From contig CBFFRP010000253.1 in assembly GCA_965644295.1 (NCBI GenBank), forward strand, positions 62,001-126,000: a stretch of DNA of 64,000 nucleotides, written 5' to 3'. Every line of letters begins with the position of its first letter. The stretch's first letter is position 1. Positions 22,671 to 35,018 of this stretch are shown here, in pieces. The position numbers and the translations under genes are program-made. The stretch is from Paraphysomonas bandaiensis. Its lineage: Eukaryota; Protista; Chrysophyceae. A model generated the notes under the pieces. It saw nothing but the letters and a program-made list of their open reading frames with translations, did no database searches and was not told the DNA's origin.

Positions 22671-22870
22671 ATCACGGAGACGTTTTTAGACAAAGTGGAC
22701 CAGCCCTCCACTTGTCGGACTGTATTTGGTCCCACTCGAAATAAAAAAATTGTATTCATTTTGACTACAATTTCAAAGCTCTACACTCATATTCCATACG
22801 AAAAAACACAATACAAAAAAATAAAGTGGGACCAGACTGGTCCGCTTTGTCGAAAAAAGTCTCCACGGAT
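22671..22870. mobile_element. MITE-like element (~200 bp) with imperfect ~33-bp TIRs
   Basis: atcacggagacgtttttagacaaagtggaccag vs ctggtccgctttgtcgaaaaaagtctccacggat; inner IR tggtcccact/agtgggacca. Confidence 0.6.
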
Positions 22871-22886
22871 GATGCATAGTTTATCG

Positions 22887-23041
22887 TATCGGCAGTCAGC
22901 ATTATATTTTTCGGAAATAAATTGAAGCAAATATACTCTATATTACTGATATACAACTACGGCTGGAATACAGATAATTGTTGTCTCAATATATGAGGCA
23001 TCTTGGAACAAAAATATACAAAGGATGCCGATACGATCGTA
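22887..23041 (+). repeat. Dispersed repeat family P, copy 2 (longest)
   Basis: Matches the copies at 22122, 28115 (reverse) and 36473. Confidence 0.9.
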
Positions 23042-23225
23042 TGCCATTAAAGGATTCTGTCATAGAGTCAATTCTGTTGCTTTTAATCATGTAACGTTTG
23101 AAATGGTTCAGAACTGTTTGTTGAGATCTTACGTACTCCTTACTGTTCGTGTCCTCTAGATTCTCATCCAGCTCATCAAATTGATGTCGTATTCCAGAGA
23201 GGCCCATGATGCATATGTATATGAA

Positions 23226-23309
23226 GATCCAGCCGTCACTTAACTATGAGAATACACGCATAGACTGATCCAGCCGTCACTAACTATGAGAATACACGCA
23301 TAGACTGAT
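23226..23309. repeat. Two-copy ~41-bp tandem duplication
   Basis: gatccagccgtcact(t)aactatgagaatacacgcatagact occurs twice. Confidence 0.85.
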
Positions 23310-23385
23310 GATCTTATAGCATCACTATATTGCATGAATCTCAGTTACAACAGACTGCTATGTATGACCTATATGCCCTAGGCCC

Positions 23386-24114
23386 CAGGGGTGCATATCA
23401 ATCAATTGACGCAGATTGTAGTCAACTATAATTTCAATCATTACTTGCTGTCCCACTAAATTTCAATTATTTAATACGACACTATATTAGCTGCGAATAC
23501 AGCTACCTTAATACCTTAATACCTTAATTGCCATTTCATTCCAGAGGCGACGGTTCATGGGTAAAGTCATGAGTAACACCAAATACTGAGGAGTCATACT
23601 CTTGTGCAAATCCGCCATAACAATCTTAGCTCTACTGAACAACCTTTCAACCTTATTGGTTGTGGCATGCAAGTGTTTCATAATCCACTAATAACCCTAT
23701 AACCCTTCTTTCGCTTCAGAGCACCTTTTCCTACAGGACACTCCCGGCATTTCCAATTCTCTATAGCAACCTCTTCGTTATTATCATTTATTTCTCAAAG
23801 TGTACACGTACAATGGCTTCTGGTACCAGTTTATCACTCATATTGCTAGTTAAATAAATGTATTACTATGTGAGATAATCCTATGGGTATTTTAATTTTT
23901 CACCAATCTTTGATTTGTATGTAAAAATTGGATTTTTCGATAAAAATTCCGACTCTAACAACTTTTCAGTACAAAAAGGTGGCATTTTTTATCAATTAAT
24001 TGCAATTATTGAATCAAGCTGGGGTCAATTATAATTGCAATTATTCCTTGCTGTCTCAATTTCAGTTATTGCAATTTTATTAATTGACAATTAATTAAGT
24101 GATACGCAGCCCGT
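23386..24114 (-). mobile_element. Internally deleted, degenerate hAT-like DNA transposon
   Basis: Minus strand ~23675-23525 translates to LHATTNKVERLFSRAKIVMADLHKSMTPQYLVLLMTLPMNRRLWNE (hAT dimerisation-like); ends CAGGGGTGCATATCA and reverse-complement ACGGGCTGCGTATCA; no intact TSD. Confidence 0.7.
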
Positions 24115-24740
24115 AGAATACAGAGCGTATATGTTGCACGTTGCACAGTGTTCCATATAATTAACATCAGTCTATGACAGTTACATACACGATGCAGAGA
24201 TCAATTGATACATAAGAGTAGCGTATGTCTTATACCTAGGAATAGGCGTTTAGGAGTCAGAACTAGTTTAGCTTTGCAATTGAACGATCTTCTACTTTTT
24301 AACCCTGCGAAAGCTACCTCTGAGTCACCGCAAGCACCAACAGCTGCAACCACTTTCGCTCTATCACACAAAGCAAAGTCAAAGCCAGCCTCTGTGTATA
24401 TAAGGCAATTTTTCGAAACGCTTTCGTTGTGATATGTCTCTGTGTAGATAAAATATGTGTAGATAAAATTCAAGCTGAATTATAATTATCACTATCATAA
24501 TGGTAATAGTCACCTAATACTCAGCAATCACTAATCGTGCTTTCATTACATCACTATGGAATTTATAAAATATCAAATTACACCATCGTACACCCTACCC
24601 TAGTATCTGAATGTAGTTCAGCTAATAAAATTGCAATTATTTTTGAAGCACAATAGCAGTACCTTTATCTCTGCATCGCACAATGAACCCAGAACAAGAA
24701 TTCCTCCAGATAAATTACTGGACGCTATCAAAAGTTGGAC

Positions 24741-27459
24741 TCAAAATCCTCTTCGTCTGAGAGTCTCTGACTTTGGAGTGACAATGGTTGTTTTCGGGAA
24801 ATTTCCCCCAGATGGCATGACGGACGGTCGGAATACCTCACGCAACACGTCTTCTGTCTTACTGCGTGGTCCGAAGTACAGCCTAAGTAGAGGCCCCAAG
24901 ATAATGTAGATGATGGATCCGGTGAATTGAATGAATGTTGGAATAAACAACACTAAGATCAAAACTGTTTTTGTTGTCTCGTCGGACAAATATAGGCACC
25001 CAGCAATAGTCAGCATGATATTGGCCAACACTAGAAATATATTGAACCACATTACCCGTCTCTTCAAAATGGTAGTCTTGATGTTGCTTAGGGTAGCATC
25101 TTGGCCAGTAAGTCTGTTTCCCCAAGTTGTATCCCATAACCTCGAGAATGCATAGGCCGGGAGGAATATTAAATAAAACCCGGAAAAAAGCACAAACCAT
25201 GGCAGGTACAATACATAGAGAATTGCCGATTCTAGAGTCTGCGTGAGCGCTAGGACGAAAGGACCAACCACAACGAATGCCGCAACCACATGTACGAAGC
25301 CGACAGTTGATGATGAAAAGAGGGCCATCCACACGAATATAGTAACTACGAAACCCACTACAAATATATATGAAGCATAGGTTTCTGATGGATGCATGTA
25401 GTACGAGTGGTAGCACCAGGAGGTATATATGAAAAGGTACAACGAAGTCAGTACCCCTGCGTGGCTGAGATATATCGTATCGTCATACTGGAGATTAAGA
25501 AATGTCCCGTGCAGTGATGGTATCATCACTTGAAGACTATTATAAAATGAGATGCCGAGTACTGCAGGAGACACAAAACAGAATAAGAACTGTATCATAT
25601 TGAGGCACCACAGCAAAATAACAAGTGGAAGGTTCTTCCCAGCCTTGTGAGCATCAAAGAAACCCCCTTCTATGTGTAACATTGCCCGACGAGAGAAAAT
25701 AAAGAAGAAAAACCCGGCCACGGTACCATTCACCCATCGCCGTCGCTGCTTAAGAATCATATCAAAAGAAACCTCAGGCTCATAGTAAAATATGGCATCC
25801 TGTACACACTTGGTCCCGTATCCTGTGCAGAAGATGGACACAAAAGATAGAATACGATCCTCTGCCAGTCGAAGGTGCAGTCTCAAAAACTCAGTGAATG
25901 TGAGCTTTACTGTCTTAGGGTCCACAGTACTGTCGTCTACTGCCGGAAGTGCTGCAGCAGCAGAGTGCAGTGTCAGTCCCCTAGGTCGCCTCGCCTCCTG
26001 CCACCCGTACTCTCTGACTTTGTCCCAGTCATGCACTGACTCTTTCCCATAGATTTCTGCGTAAGACACACTCACACTACTACGCCGAGAGGGGCGACTA
26101 GCCGCCGACCTCATTGATAAGTCTCCGTTGGTGAGAGGCGATATATTAGCGTCTTCTATATCTGGCTCTAACTCAAGCGCGTAAGCGGAATCCATGTATA
26201 TGTCAGGAAGCAGTCTTTTATGACTCCTCACAGCACCAAATTTAACGGTATCCTCGTTAAAAAGCATCTCGAAGTATTCCTCAACAACCTTATACTCTCT
26301 AATTCTGGGCCAATTCATGAGTTGACAAGGACCTGGAAGGACAGGCATGGCCTCAACTACATTGTATACGGAGGAGTTAATTATCTGGCACGCCTCCATC
26401 TCAAAGCCCTGTACAGGGGCGACAGACAGGAAATACGCCGCATAGCACTTCCAACATGGGGCAGATGCACGCCCGTCGTGCTCTCCTGCATGCTGAAGAA
26501 ATGGAATTTTTGTGTTCATACAAGGGTGAAAAGAGCGACTGGGCAGCTCAGCGCGCATCCGACCAGTCACAGCAATCACGTCACTCCTACGGGATAATAA
26601 CGTATGTACTAGGCGTGCAATACACGAGGTCTTGTACGATGTACTGCAGTCAGTTAAGAGAACTAAATTGGTATCTAGGCCACAGCAAATTCCCTCGAAG
26701 AACCAGTGATGGGAGTTGTGCTTGCGGTGATTGGATCGCTTCAAGATTGGAACCATATGGAAGTGCAAATACATGTCACCAGTAAGCTGATGGTCAGAGG
26801 TGAGAAGACCTTCAGCAGCCATGCGTCTGATAGCCTGTGTATCCCCTTCATCCTTGCCTTCCTGGTTGGTCAAACAGTAGTACCACCATCGCTGAGCGCA
26901 CACTCTCACTTCCACTTCCCGCCCGCGCAACCCAGTGGATGAGGTGTTGTTGTTTTTCCCCCCAGGGAGCCCCTCTAGGCACCCCGGCATATCTCCAGCG
27001 AGCCACTTGCGAATAGACGAGTCCATCTGGTTGGGACCCATTCCATCAAAAACAGGACAGATAACAATCTCCATCTCTTGGATCTCTCGTTTAAGGCTCT
27101 GTCCAACCTCATCACAATGGAACTTAACTATAAAACACCCTTACAAGCAGTCAGACAAAACAACACAATATCTTACCTTCATGTTTCATAAAATCAATAT
27201 TCTCCATTAAACAAAGTACAGTTTTCATTAAATCATCCATTGATTCATTATAACATGGAATACATATACAAAAATAATTCTTTGTACCTCTATCACATAA
27301 CGTGACGTTATCTATATACTCACATAGCTTCGTACAGACTCTTCCATGACATTCTTTCACTATCTTTCCATCTGATCCTATAGTGGTTACATCATCATAT
27401 GTAAAATCTTCTTTAAAGTATGTTGGTTCTGTAGATATTGGGCCTAATATACCATCCAT
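24741..27459 (-). CDS. Chitin synthase (GT2); exons 27459-27177 and 27127-24741
   Basis: CIPCYNE, VFDG, KHNSH, LTDCST, VLPGP, LAEDRIL, QRRRW, WGNR motifs plus multiple C-terminal TM helices; 49-bp intron. Confidence 0.92.
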
Positions 27460-28114
27460 AGTGTAGAGTAGAATAGATTAATATATAAGGCTATATGTAA
27501 TAGTTTATAAGATGATATGAACTGTATATGAGATAGAATACACTTGATTGTATTGATGATTTAGTTTGGATAAGTATATTCTTTATGATTTAATAATATG
27601 AGCGAGATGATAGCAGGATGAGTGCGTGTAGAGCAACTGACTGTCTCTCTCTATATACATACATATATATATAGACATATACATACATACATATAGCAGT
27701 GTAGGGGAGACTATAAGAGTGTATAAGGACATGGGTATGTATAGTATGTATACGTACATGATTAGAGTGGTACCGTCATACACTGATAATCTAGACATAC
27801 TTGAAGTACTCCCCCCCCCCCTCCATCCCACGACATGCGTCAGTGAATATTTCTATATTCAACAAAAAATAGGTGATTTATTGAATATTTGGGGATTAAA
27901 AAGGAGGATTTTGATGTACTACTCAAAGTATAAAAGTGGAGAGAAATAGAAGTTTTTGATTAAATATATCGTTTTTTAATAAAATATCCTGTTTTATATC
28001 TCAATCAGTGAGTATATCCCTTGTTTTCAGTATCCTAGAGGGTATAAATATTAGAGATTTTATTATAGGTCTGTCTATGTAGTGCTGGCAACTAGAGAGT
28101 ACGATGCGTTGAGT

Positions 28115-28248
28115 ACATCGTATCGTCATCATTTTTTGTTCAAAGATGCCTCAAATATTGAGACAACAATTATCTGTATTCCAGTCGTAGTTATATTGCA
28201 GTAATATAGAGAATATTTGCTTCAATTTATTCCCGAAAAATAAGATGC
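28115..28248 (-). repeat. Dispersed repeat family P, copy 3 (reverse orientation)
   Basis: Reverse complement reads gcatcttatttttcgggaataaattgaagcaaatattctctatattactgc..ctggaatacagataattgttgtctcaata..gaggcatctttgaacaaaaa. Confidence 0.9.
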
Positions 28249-28414
28249 ATATGCATAGATAAACATATCGATAGACCATATATATAACACAACTGCCCTT
28301 ATAGCACTCATTATATAGAGATACTACATATTATAAGACAATAATTGATTTGTTATCAATAACCTAACGTGTCTATCCCACCCTGGCCTCTGAGTTACTC
28401 ATTTAATACTAACA

Positions 28415-29533
28415 ATGAGGTGTATAGCAAGTGTTAAGTTATATCTGATGATATATCTATTAACACTATTATCTCCTTATGGAAGAGGAGATACAAATCT
28501 ACCTGCTGTTGTCATACGATTAGATGATGTATTAACCTTTTGGTGCGAAGAGATGAGTAAAGCAGCTATTGAAGCGACTATTAGTATGGATGTTCCCATT
28601 AGTATGGGAGTCATAGGAGTGGATTTGGATAAACATCAAAGTTTTGCTTCATATTTAAGAAAAGTGGCTGAAAATGACTTAGTAGAAGTACTGTCTCATT
28701 CATACTCACATGATGTGTATGCTGGGAGTACACTGGAGTGGCAGGAGAACGATTTGAATGATGCGCAGGACATTATAGAGGACGTGACCCGTCAGAGCCC
28801 TGTTACCTTCATTCCACCCACCAATGTCTATGACTCGAACACATTGAAGGCTTTGAGGGAGCACGAAACCATTCGAGTTATGAGTGCTCAGTGCTCGTGG
28901 AGTCGCACTGAACCCGGGGAGACCGTGGTATGTGGGGACGGCAGTGATGTTGTCGCCCCGAACATAACATATGACGGCTTGTACATGCTTCCTGCTGGGG
29001 CCGTGTTAGGGGATACGGGCTACTGGAACAACTATCTTCTTCCTGCAAATGCCAGTATAGCGGCTGATTGGATTGAGGCGCAGATTGCCGCTCAAGGTTT
29101 CTCCGTGCTCATGCTGCATCCCGTGGAATTTGCAACGGAGTCAACCTGCACTAATCTGGATACCGAGAAAATAGCAGCCCTCCAGGAGGTTATTCGATAT
29201 GGACAAGGGCGATGGCAGTTTCTTTCATTCACAGATGCGGTCGAATATATATCAGGAGAGCATCTTGAAACCAAGAGTACTGACGACTCTTCCAATGGCA
29301 TATCGAAAACCTCCTGGAATGTTGTCTACGTATGCGCTCTTATTGGAGTGGTGATGTGCATGTCATGTATGTGCTCGTTTACAAAGGACTGCCGAACCAA
29401 GCTATATAAATCCTGCTGTGGCAAATCCTCTCGTAGTGCGAAAGACACCCCCGTCAAAAGGGCTGAAATTCACAATGCGATCACATCATACAGTCCTGTC
29501 CCATCCCCCGAGCTGCCTCAAAATGCTTTGTGA
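28415..29533 (+). CDS. Membrane-anchored polysaccharide deacetylase (CE4/NodB-like)
   Basis: Signal peptide; IRLDD (motif 1), SHSYSH (motif 2), FIPP (motif 3 position), LMLH (motif 5); C-terminal TM VVYVCALIGVVMCM followed by Cys-rich tail; intronless. Confidence 0.85.
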   Translation: MRCIASVKLYLMIYLLTLLSPYGRGDTNLPAVVIRLDDVLTFWCEEMSKAAIEATISMDVPISMGVIGVDLDKHQSFASYLRKVAENDLVEVLSHSYSHDVYAGSTLEWQENDLNDAQDIIEDVTRQSPVTFIPPTNVYDSNTLKALREHETIRVMSAQCSWSRTEPGETVVCGDGSDVVAPNITYDGLYMLPAGAVLGDTGYWNNYLLPANASIAADWIEAQIAAQGFSVLMLHPVEFATESTCTNLDTEKIAALQEVIRYGQGRWQFLSFTDAVEYISGEHLETKSTDDSSNGISKTSWNVVYVCALIGVVMCMSCMCSFTKDCRTKLYKSCCGKSSRSAKDTPVKRAEIHNAITSYSPVPSPELPQNAL

Positions 29534-30766
29534 TGTGGGAAATCCATATCCAGTGTATACGGCATAAATGACTCTGTTGGCTCTATTAGCTTTGTATTTA
29601 CCATAGCTTTGCTATCGATCACATCTACTGTAGTATTTGAATTTGTACAACTAGTACGTAACTAGAGATATATGGAAAAACGTAACATAGTAACCATTAT
29701 TTTGAATTAAAATACGGCGCGTAATTTACGCAGCAATGCATGCGCCTTTAGATTGTATGTTGTCGATAGTAAATATGCTTAAGCACAAGCCAAGTTAAAG
29801 TAATAGCAATACAAAGCTAGGACTCCGCTATGTAGTATTCGTGGTGAAAAGAAAGAAAACCATGGATCAATAAACATATTATTGTCAAGTTCTTTCAATA
29901 AAGAAGTAAACCCTAAACAATATCATATCATGTTGGTTGGGAAGACTTTTATAGAGATATCACCTGTCAGCAGGGAGCTACGGGGAACTGCGCATAGTAG
30001 ACGATTTGTTTAGGTAGTCATTATTAGTGCGTGGTGGTAGTTTAGTGTTTAGTTTATGTAATTCCTATGTATCTGCTGTTCTATATGGTACACTGCGTAA
30101 AGTTGCTTAGGTTTTTTTCTGTTGTATATATATATTATATTGTTGTTTATTGCTCTTAGAACGAAGCTGCTTAGAGTTGTCATTAGATTTGAAATATATG
30201 TGTTAACCTCAGCACATTCTTACCATCATAATTAATCTGATTTGCGAACTCAGATTTTGTATAATTTATATACCTACTCTTTTCCTTGTGGTGAAACGAG
30301 TGAACTTGGTACTAGTGAACCGTAATAAATGAGTGTACACACTCCTGAATCTTGAGACATAACGAATAATGAGGTTTTATCCTTACTATACTATGTAACT
30401 ATTTACAACGTCAGGCTGGTTGTGTGTAAAATTCTAGTGAGTGTATCAGGGACACATCAGTTGTAACACGTATGTGGTGAGGAATACCAATGACGCTCAA
30501 CCTTTCAACTACCACATCTGCCTGATACCCAAAACAGATAACAGCGACACCTGAATACTGCCAGAACTATATGTATATTCAACAGTTCCAATTAAATTAG
30601 CAAATGAGGAGCAACGAGAATGAAATCACGGGTAGTGTAACCAACATAAAGACAAATGACTATAATATAGTACATTCAATTCGTCACAACTACCGAAACA
30701 TGTCAGTCTCGTCACACATCCTGAGTACAGCTATACCATGCAGCTGATATACAACTTTAAATGGGT

Positions 30767-33018
30767 TTAGAACCACTGAGACATATCGATCTCGATGTAG
30801 CCGTTGCATGCAGCTGGTACCCATCCTTCCCCTGTTCCGTCTTCAAAAGCGGCGTACAGGGTTAGCCTGGCAGGATCGTAGGTCACCGAAAGAACATTGA
30901 TACCCTCGTGGTAGAGCGTAGGGTCGCAATTGTCCTCATTGGTCTCGTCGCCCTTGATTCCGACTGCCGATGTGATTCTTACGGCCTCAGAAGCCCCGAC
31001 AAGCACCCCGGTGTCTTCGTAGTCTTTAAATGACTGATAGATTACATCATATCGGTCCTTGGAGTTCTGGTAAGCATGGTATCCGTACCACTGGTAGTTC
31101 TCCTGCACATAGATGAGAATACATGTGGACAAAAGAGCACACCACGATTCTGAGCAGTTTACATAGGTGCACAAGCAACAAGCAGTGAGGCTCAGCAGCA
31201 CCCTGGCTATACCTGAGTAGTGGGGTCGTAGCCGTGGTTAGTACGATAGACTGCGTCAGATAGAGTGTGGCCATACACCTCTCCTGTGGAGGGGTCAACA
31301 GCACCGTCCTCTCTGGCACGACACATTACAAGAAAATAAACCATATTCACATGCTGACCTTGGGTCCATATCCTCGAAATATGCAGTGTAATCCTTCATA
31401 GTCTCCATACAGACGGCTTTACCGTCGGTCGCGGATCCAACCATGTGATTGAAACCGACAGTGTTATTGGTAGCACCCCAGATGTCAAGTGCCTCCTCAA
31501 TAGACCCAGTAGGAGAGTACGCCATAACGTGGCGCAATCGCAGAATCCATGGGAACCCCCTGAATGTATCCTGCTTACTCTCAAGGTTAGCTTCATGTAC
31601 GGTCAACCCTGCGGACATCTCGTTAGACCCAAACGAGATTATGACGATAAAAGTCACACCTGTAGCAGCCATTCCAGCAAGAGCTCCCCATATACCTGCA
31701 AACCCGACAGTGACGTGAGCAACCCCTCCAGGAGGATGATGAACAGTCAATAGCTTGTATTGGTTCACTCCCAGATCCGGAAGCCAATCCAAGTTACGCG
31801 CAGAATAGAGATCACCTGTATACCACAACGTCAGCGTTTTCATTGGTATAGAGCACAACAAAAGCACCGTTTACGGTTCGGCTGCCCCAGGCCCCGAACA
31901 TTGAGCACTGGTGGCCGTTGTATGCTGCTATGATCTTGCCCACTTCTGGCAGGAGACGAAGCTGCTCAATATTTAAAGAGGCTCCTCGAGATGATTTAAA
32001 TTCGTCCAGAAGTACAAAAATAATATCTGACCCATCTCCAGGTAGGTTAGCTAGCGTAATTCCTCTACCATGAAAGGTTACGTCAATATAGTCACACTCA
32101 ACCTTGATACCTGGAAGTCATTTTGTCCAGGTCACTTACACCAACCTCTTCTCCCCCAGCTCGCAAACCATCGAGCTCATCCATGTACTCCTGTGGAACC
32201 TGCTTACAGAGATAATCTGACCACTGCCAGTCGAGAAAAGCTTCCGTGAGAGACACAAGAGTTGGCTCCAATTTAGGATAATCGCCAAATAGACCGCTGA
32301 GAAGATTCTACAAGAAAATCAGTGTAAGGGCAGCACATAGTGAGTTACTTCACATTATAATTCTCCGCGAATTGCTTTCCGAAGAGCAGCCCAGCATCGT
32401 ATCCCTGCAGATTATGCTAGTTATGCACATACACATCTACTAGTTGCATCATATACACATTTAAGTCAATATACATGTAGAAAATATTTCGCGATTGCCC
32501 ATCAAAAAAATAACAAAACAAGAATATATGCCTCCACGTCTCTCTCTATATCTATATGCCTCAATACACGTCTAGCACCAGATCACATATCACTACAAAG
32601 CATACATACACATCAGCATTCCATCTAATTGCTATATACTTTACATGAACATGTATCTCAAGTAATATCTCATTGTATATCTATGTGTATATAGCTCTAC
32701 ATGTATGTGTATGTACGTATGTGTATGTACGTATGTGTGTATAGGTAGGTATGTACCTGACTCCTTGAAGTAGACCCATGCAAAGACAACACATATATGG
32801 GCTCCTCTGTATACACATCACATGACCTCATTTAACCCCTTATCACTATAGTATACATTACCATAAGCTGGTTGTGTGTCGAGAGACACTAACTCTGAGC
32901 CGGAGTCGAGTTTAGAGATAACAGTCTGTTTTGTCACTGATCCAATGACACCGATATCTCCAGCAGATGCCAGAGAGATCACTTGAAGGATAGAGAGGAT
33001 TGTGAAGTGGTATAGCAT
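30767..33018 (-). CDS. Secreted Ntn-hydrolase, peptidase C45/acid-ceramidase-like; multi-exon, boundaries approximate
   Basis: Signal peptide MLYHFTILSILQVISLASA; GHQ-CSMFGAWGSRT..LYSARNLDW; GLTVHEAN; several short GT-AG introns. Confidence 0.82.
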
Positions 33019-33123
33019 TTGTGTATATGTTAGAGAGAATAACAACAACAACCCTTAACATAATAACACCCCCCTCTACACATACAAACACATACATAAC
33101 CCTCTACACACACACCTACAGAA

Positions 33124-33428
33124 CATACATACATACATACATACATACATACATACATACATACATACATACATACATACATACATACATACATACATAC
33201 ATACATACATACATACATACATACATACATACATACATACATACATACATACATACATACATACATACATACATACATACATACATACATACATACATAC
33301 ATACATACATACATACATACATACATACATACATACATACATACATACATACATACATACATACATACATACATACATACATACATACATACATACATAC
33401 ATACATACATACATACATACATACATAC
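33124..33428. repeat. (CATA)n microsatellite, ~305 bp, ~105 bp upstream of the C45 gene ATG
   Basis: Pure array. Confidence 0.98.
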
Positions 33429-33882
33429 CCTGCACTGTAGAGAAATACGTAGTAATACCGTGAAATACGTAAAACGAGGAATCTTCTTACTTCTGGATAT
33501 ATACGGAGTTCGACGTACTGTACATATATGCAACATATACATATCGCTCCACTCCGCTCAGTCCAATACAAGCAAGTGTTCCCCTGCCTCTATCAGTCCA
33601 TATACACTACTAATTGTTCTAATTAAATAAGGTTTGTTACTCATTATTATTATTTGTGGTATATAAAAGGATCAACAGGAACTAAACATCAATGAGACAA
33701 TTGTGATTTCTCTTATCACAGAGGAGGCTTTGGAGGAAGAATCATTCAAGGAAGAGTCAGCGGAAGTAAGTTCCATTAGTAAGTTTTTCTATACTACGAT
33801 GTAAATCTAACTATTTATGCATGTTTCAAAGAAGAGTCCGCTGATAAAAAAAGGAAACGAGACGCGATGGAGAGCTAAAGGT

Positions 33883-34122
33883 CATCCTCCTCATCCGATC
33901 CATCCAAGGAGGACCCCCTGAATGAATTCGTCATATGCACACATTGTAAAAGGAAAGTCTACGCAGCACCCTACAGAGATAGTAGCAGAGGCGTTTCTTT
34001 TCCCTGTAGCTGTAAGCCTCGCAACGGGAAAGGCGAAAACTCGTAGACTTTCTTTTTACAATGTGTGCATATGACAAATTTATTTAGGGGGTACTCCTTG
34101 GATGGCTCGGATGAGGAGGATG
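33883..34122. repeat. Long inverted repeat (81-bp arms, 75/81 matches, 78-bp loop)
   Basis: 33883-33963 vs reverse complement of 34042-34122. Confidence 0.92.
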
Positions 34123-35018
34123 CCACCCTTCGCCCGTTGTCCTCCTTTCGAACTACGTGCGTATACAATTCTAGAAGTCTCTTTGCAGATACTACAATCG
34201 TTACTGTAGCTAGGAAGTTATGATCTCTCTACAACACAATAACTTACTTTATAGATATGAATAGCTGAGCTGTAATCAAAGGACCCGTGTATGTAGTGTA
34301 GTGTACAGGTCCAAGTAGTGCAATGTGGGAGATTTTGACTGTGTGTATAAGAGTATGCTAATTATAGTTGTTTGTTGGAACAGTTAGTGTATATGATTGT
34401 GTATATGGTTATACGGTTATACACTGTACCTTGTAGCTAGGGTGATACACTGTTATCTGGCGAGGGAAGTATACATATAAAAAGAATAGGTGCGTGTTAT
34501 ATTAATCTCTCGTTTCAGGATGTATGATAGACTACTAGGATATAAGTTGATGTTAGTATATAATTGGTGGAAAAAATTAAAAAATGTGGTGTGCATATCG
34601 CATATTCGAGATAATGATTGCAATGTTTTGGAATTATTGACTGTATTGTTAGTTAGTGTCTGTACTTATGTAAATGCTACAGCGCAATTTAGTCAACTAT
34701 ATGATTAAGTGTTGACTGTTCTGTTAACGGTTACTTAGGCGAATATCTCATCCACTTGTGGTACATGGATCGTGACTACAGCTAATTGTATATGCTCTTT
34801 TACATTCCGTTATTTCATTCATAAATTATAATAGGACAATTATTCTTTCATTTCTAAGCATACAGAGAAAACATTGAAGCAGCCAAGAGTTTATCAATAG
34901 ATATTGGCTGACCAGATAACCAAACAGAACGCTTGCAGAACTACGGCCTTCTCGAAGCATTGAATTAAATAAACTGTGATATGTTTGTCGATAAAGACAT
35001 CACAGATAAATATGTACA

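Noticed and set aside
22986-23207. 73-aa ORF vaguely like a tyrosine-recombinase N-terminus
   Set aside because: No catalytic motifs, and it runs into repeat P.
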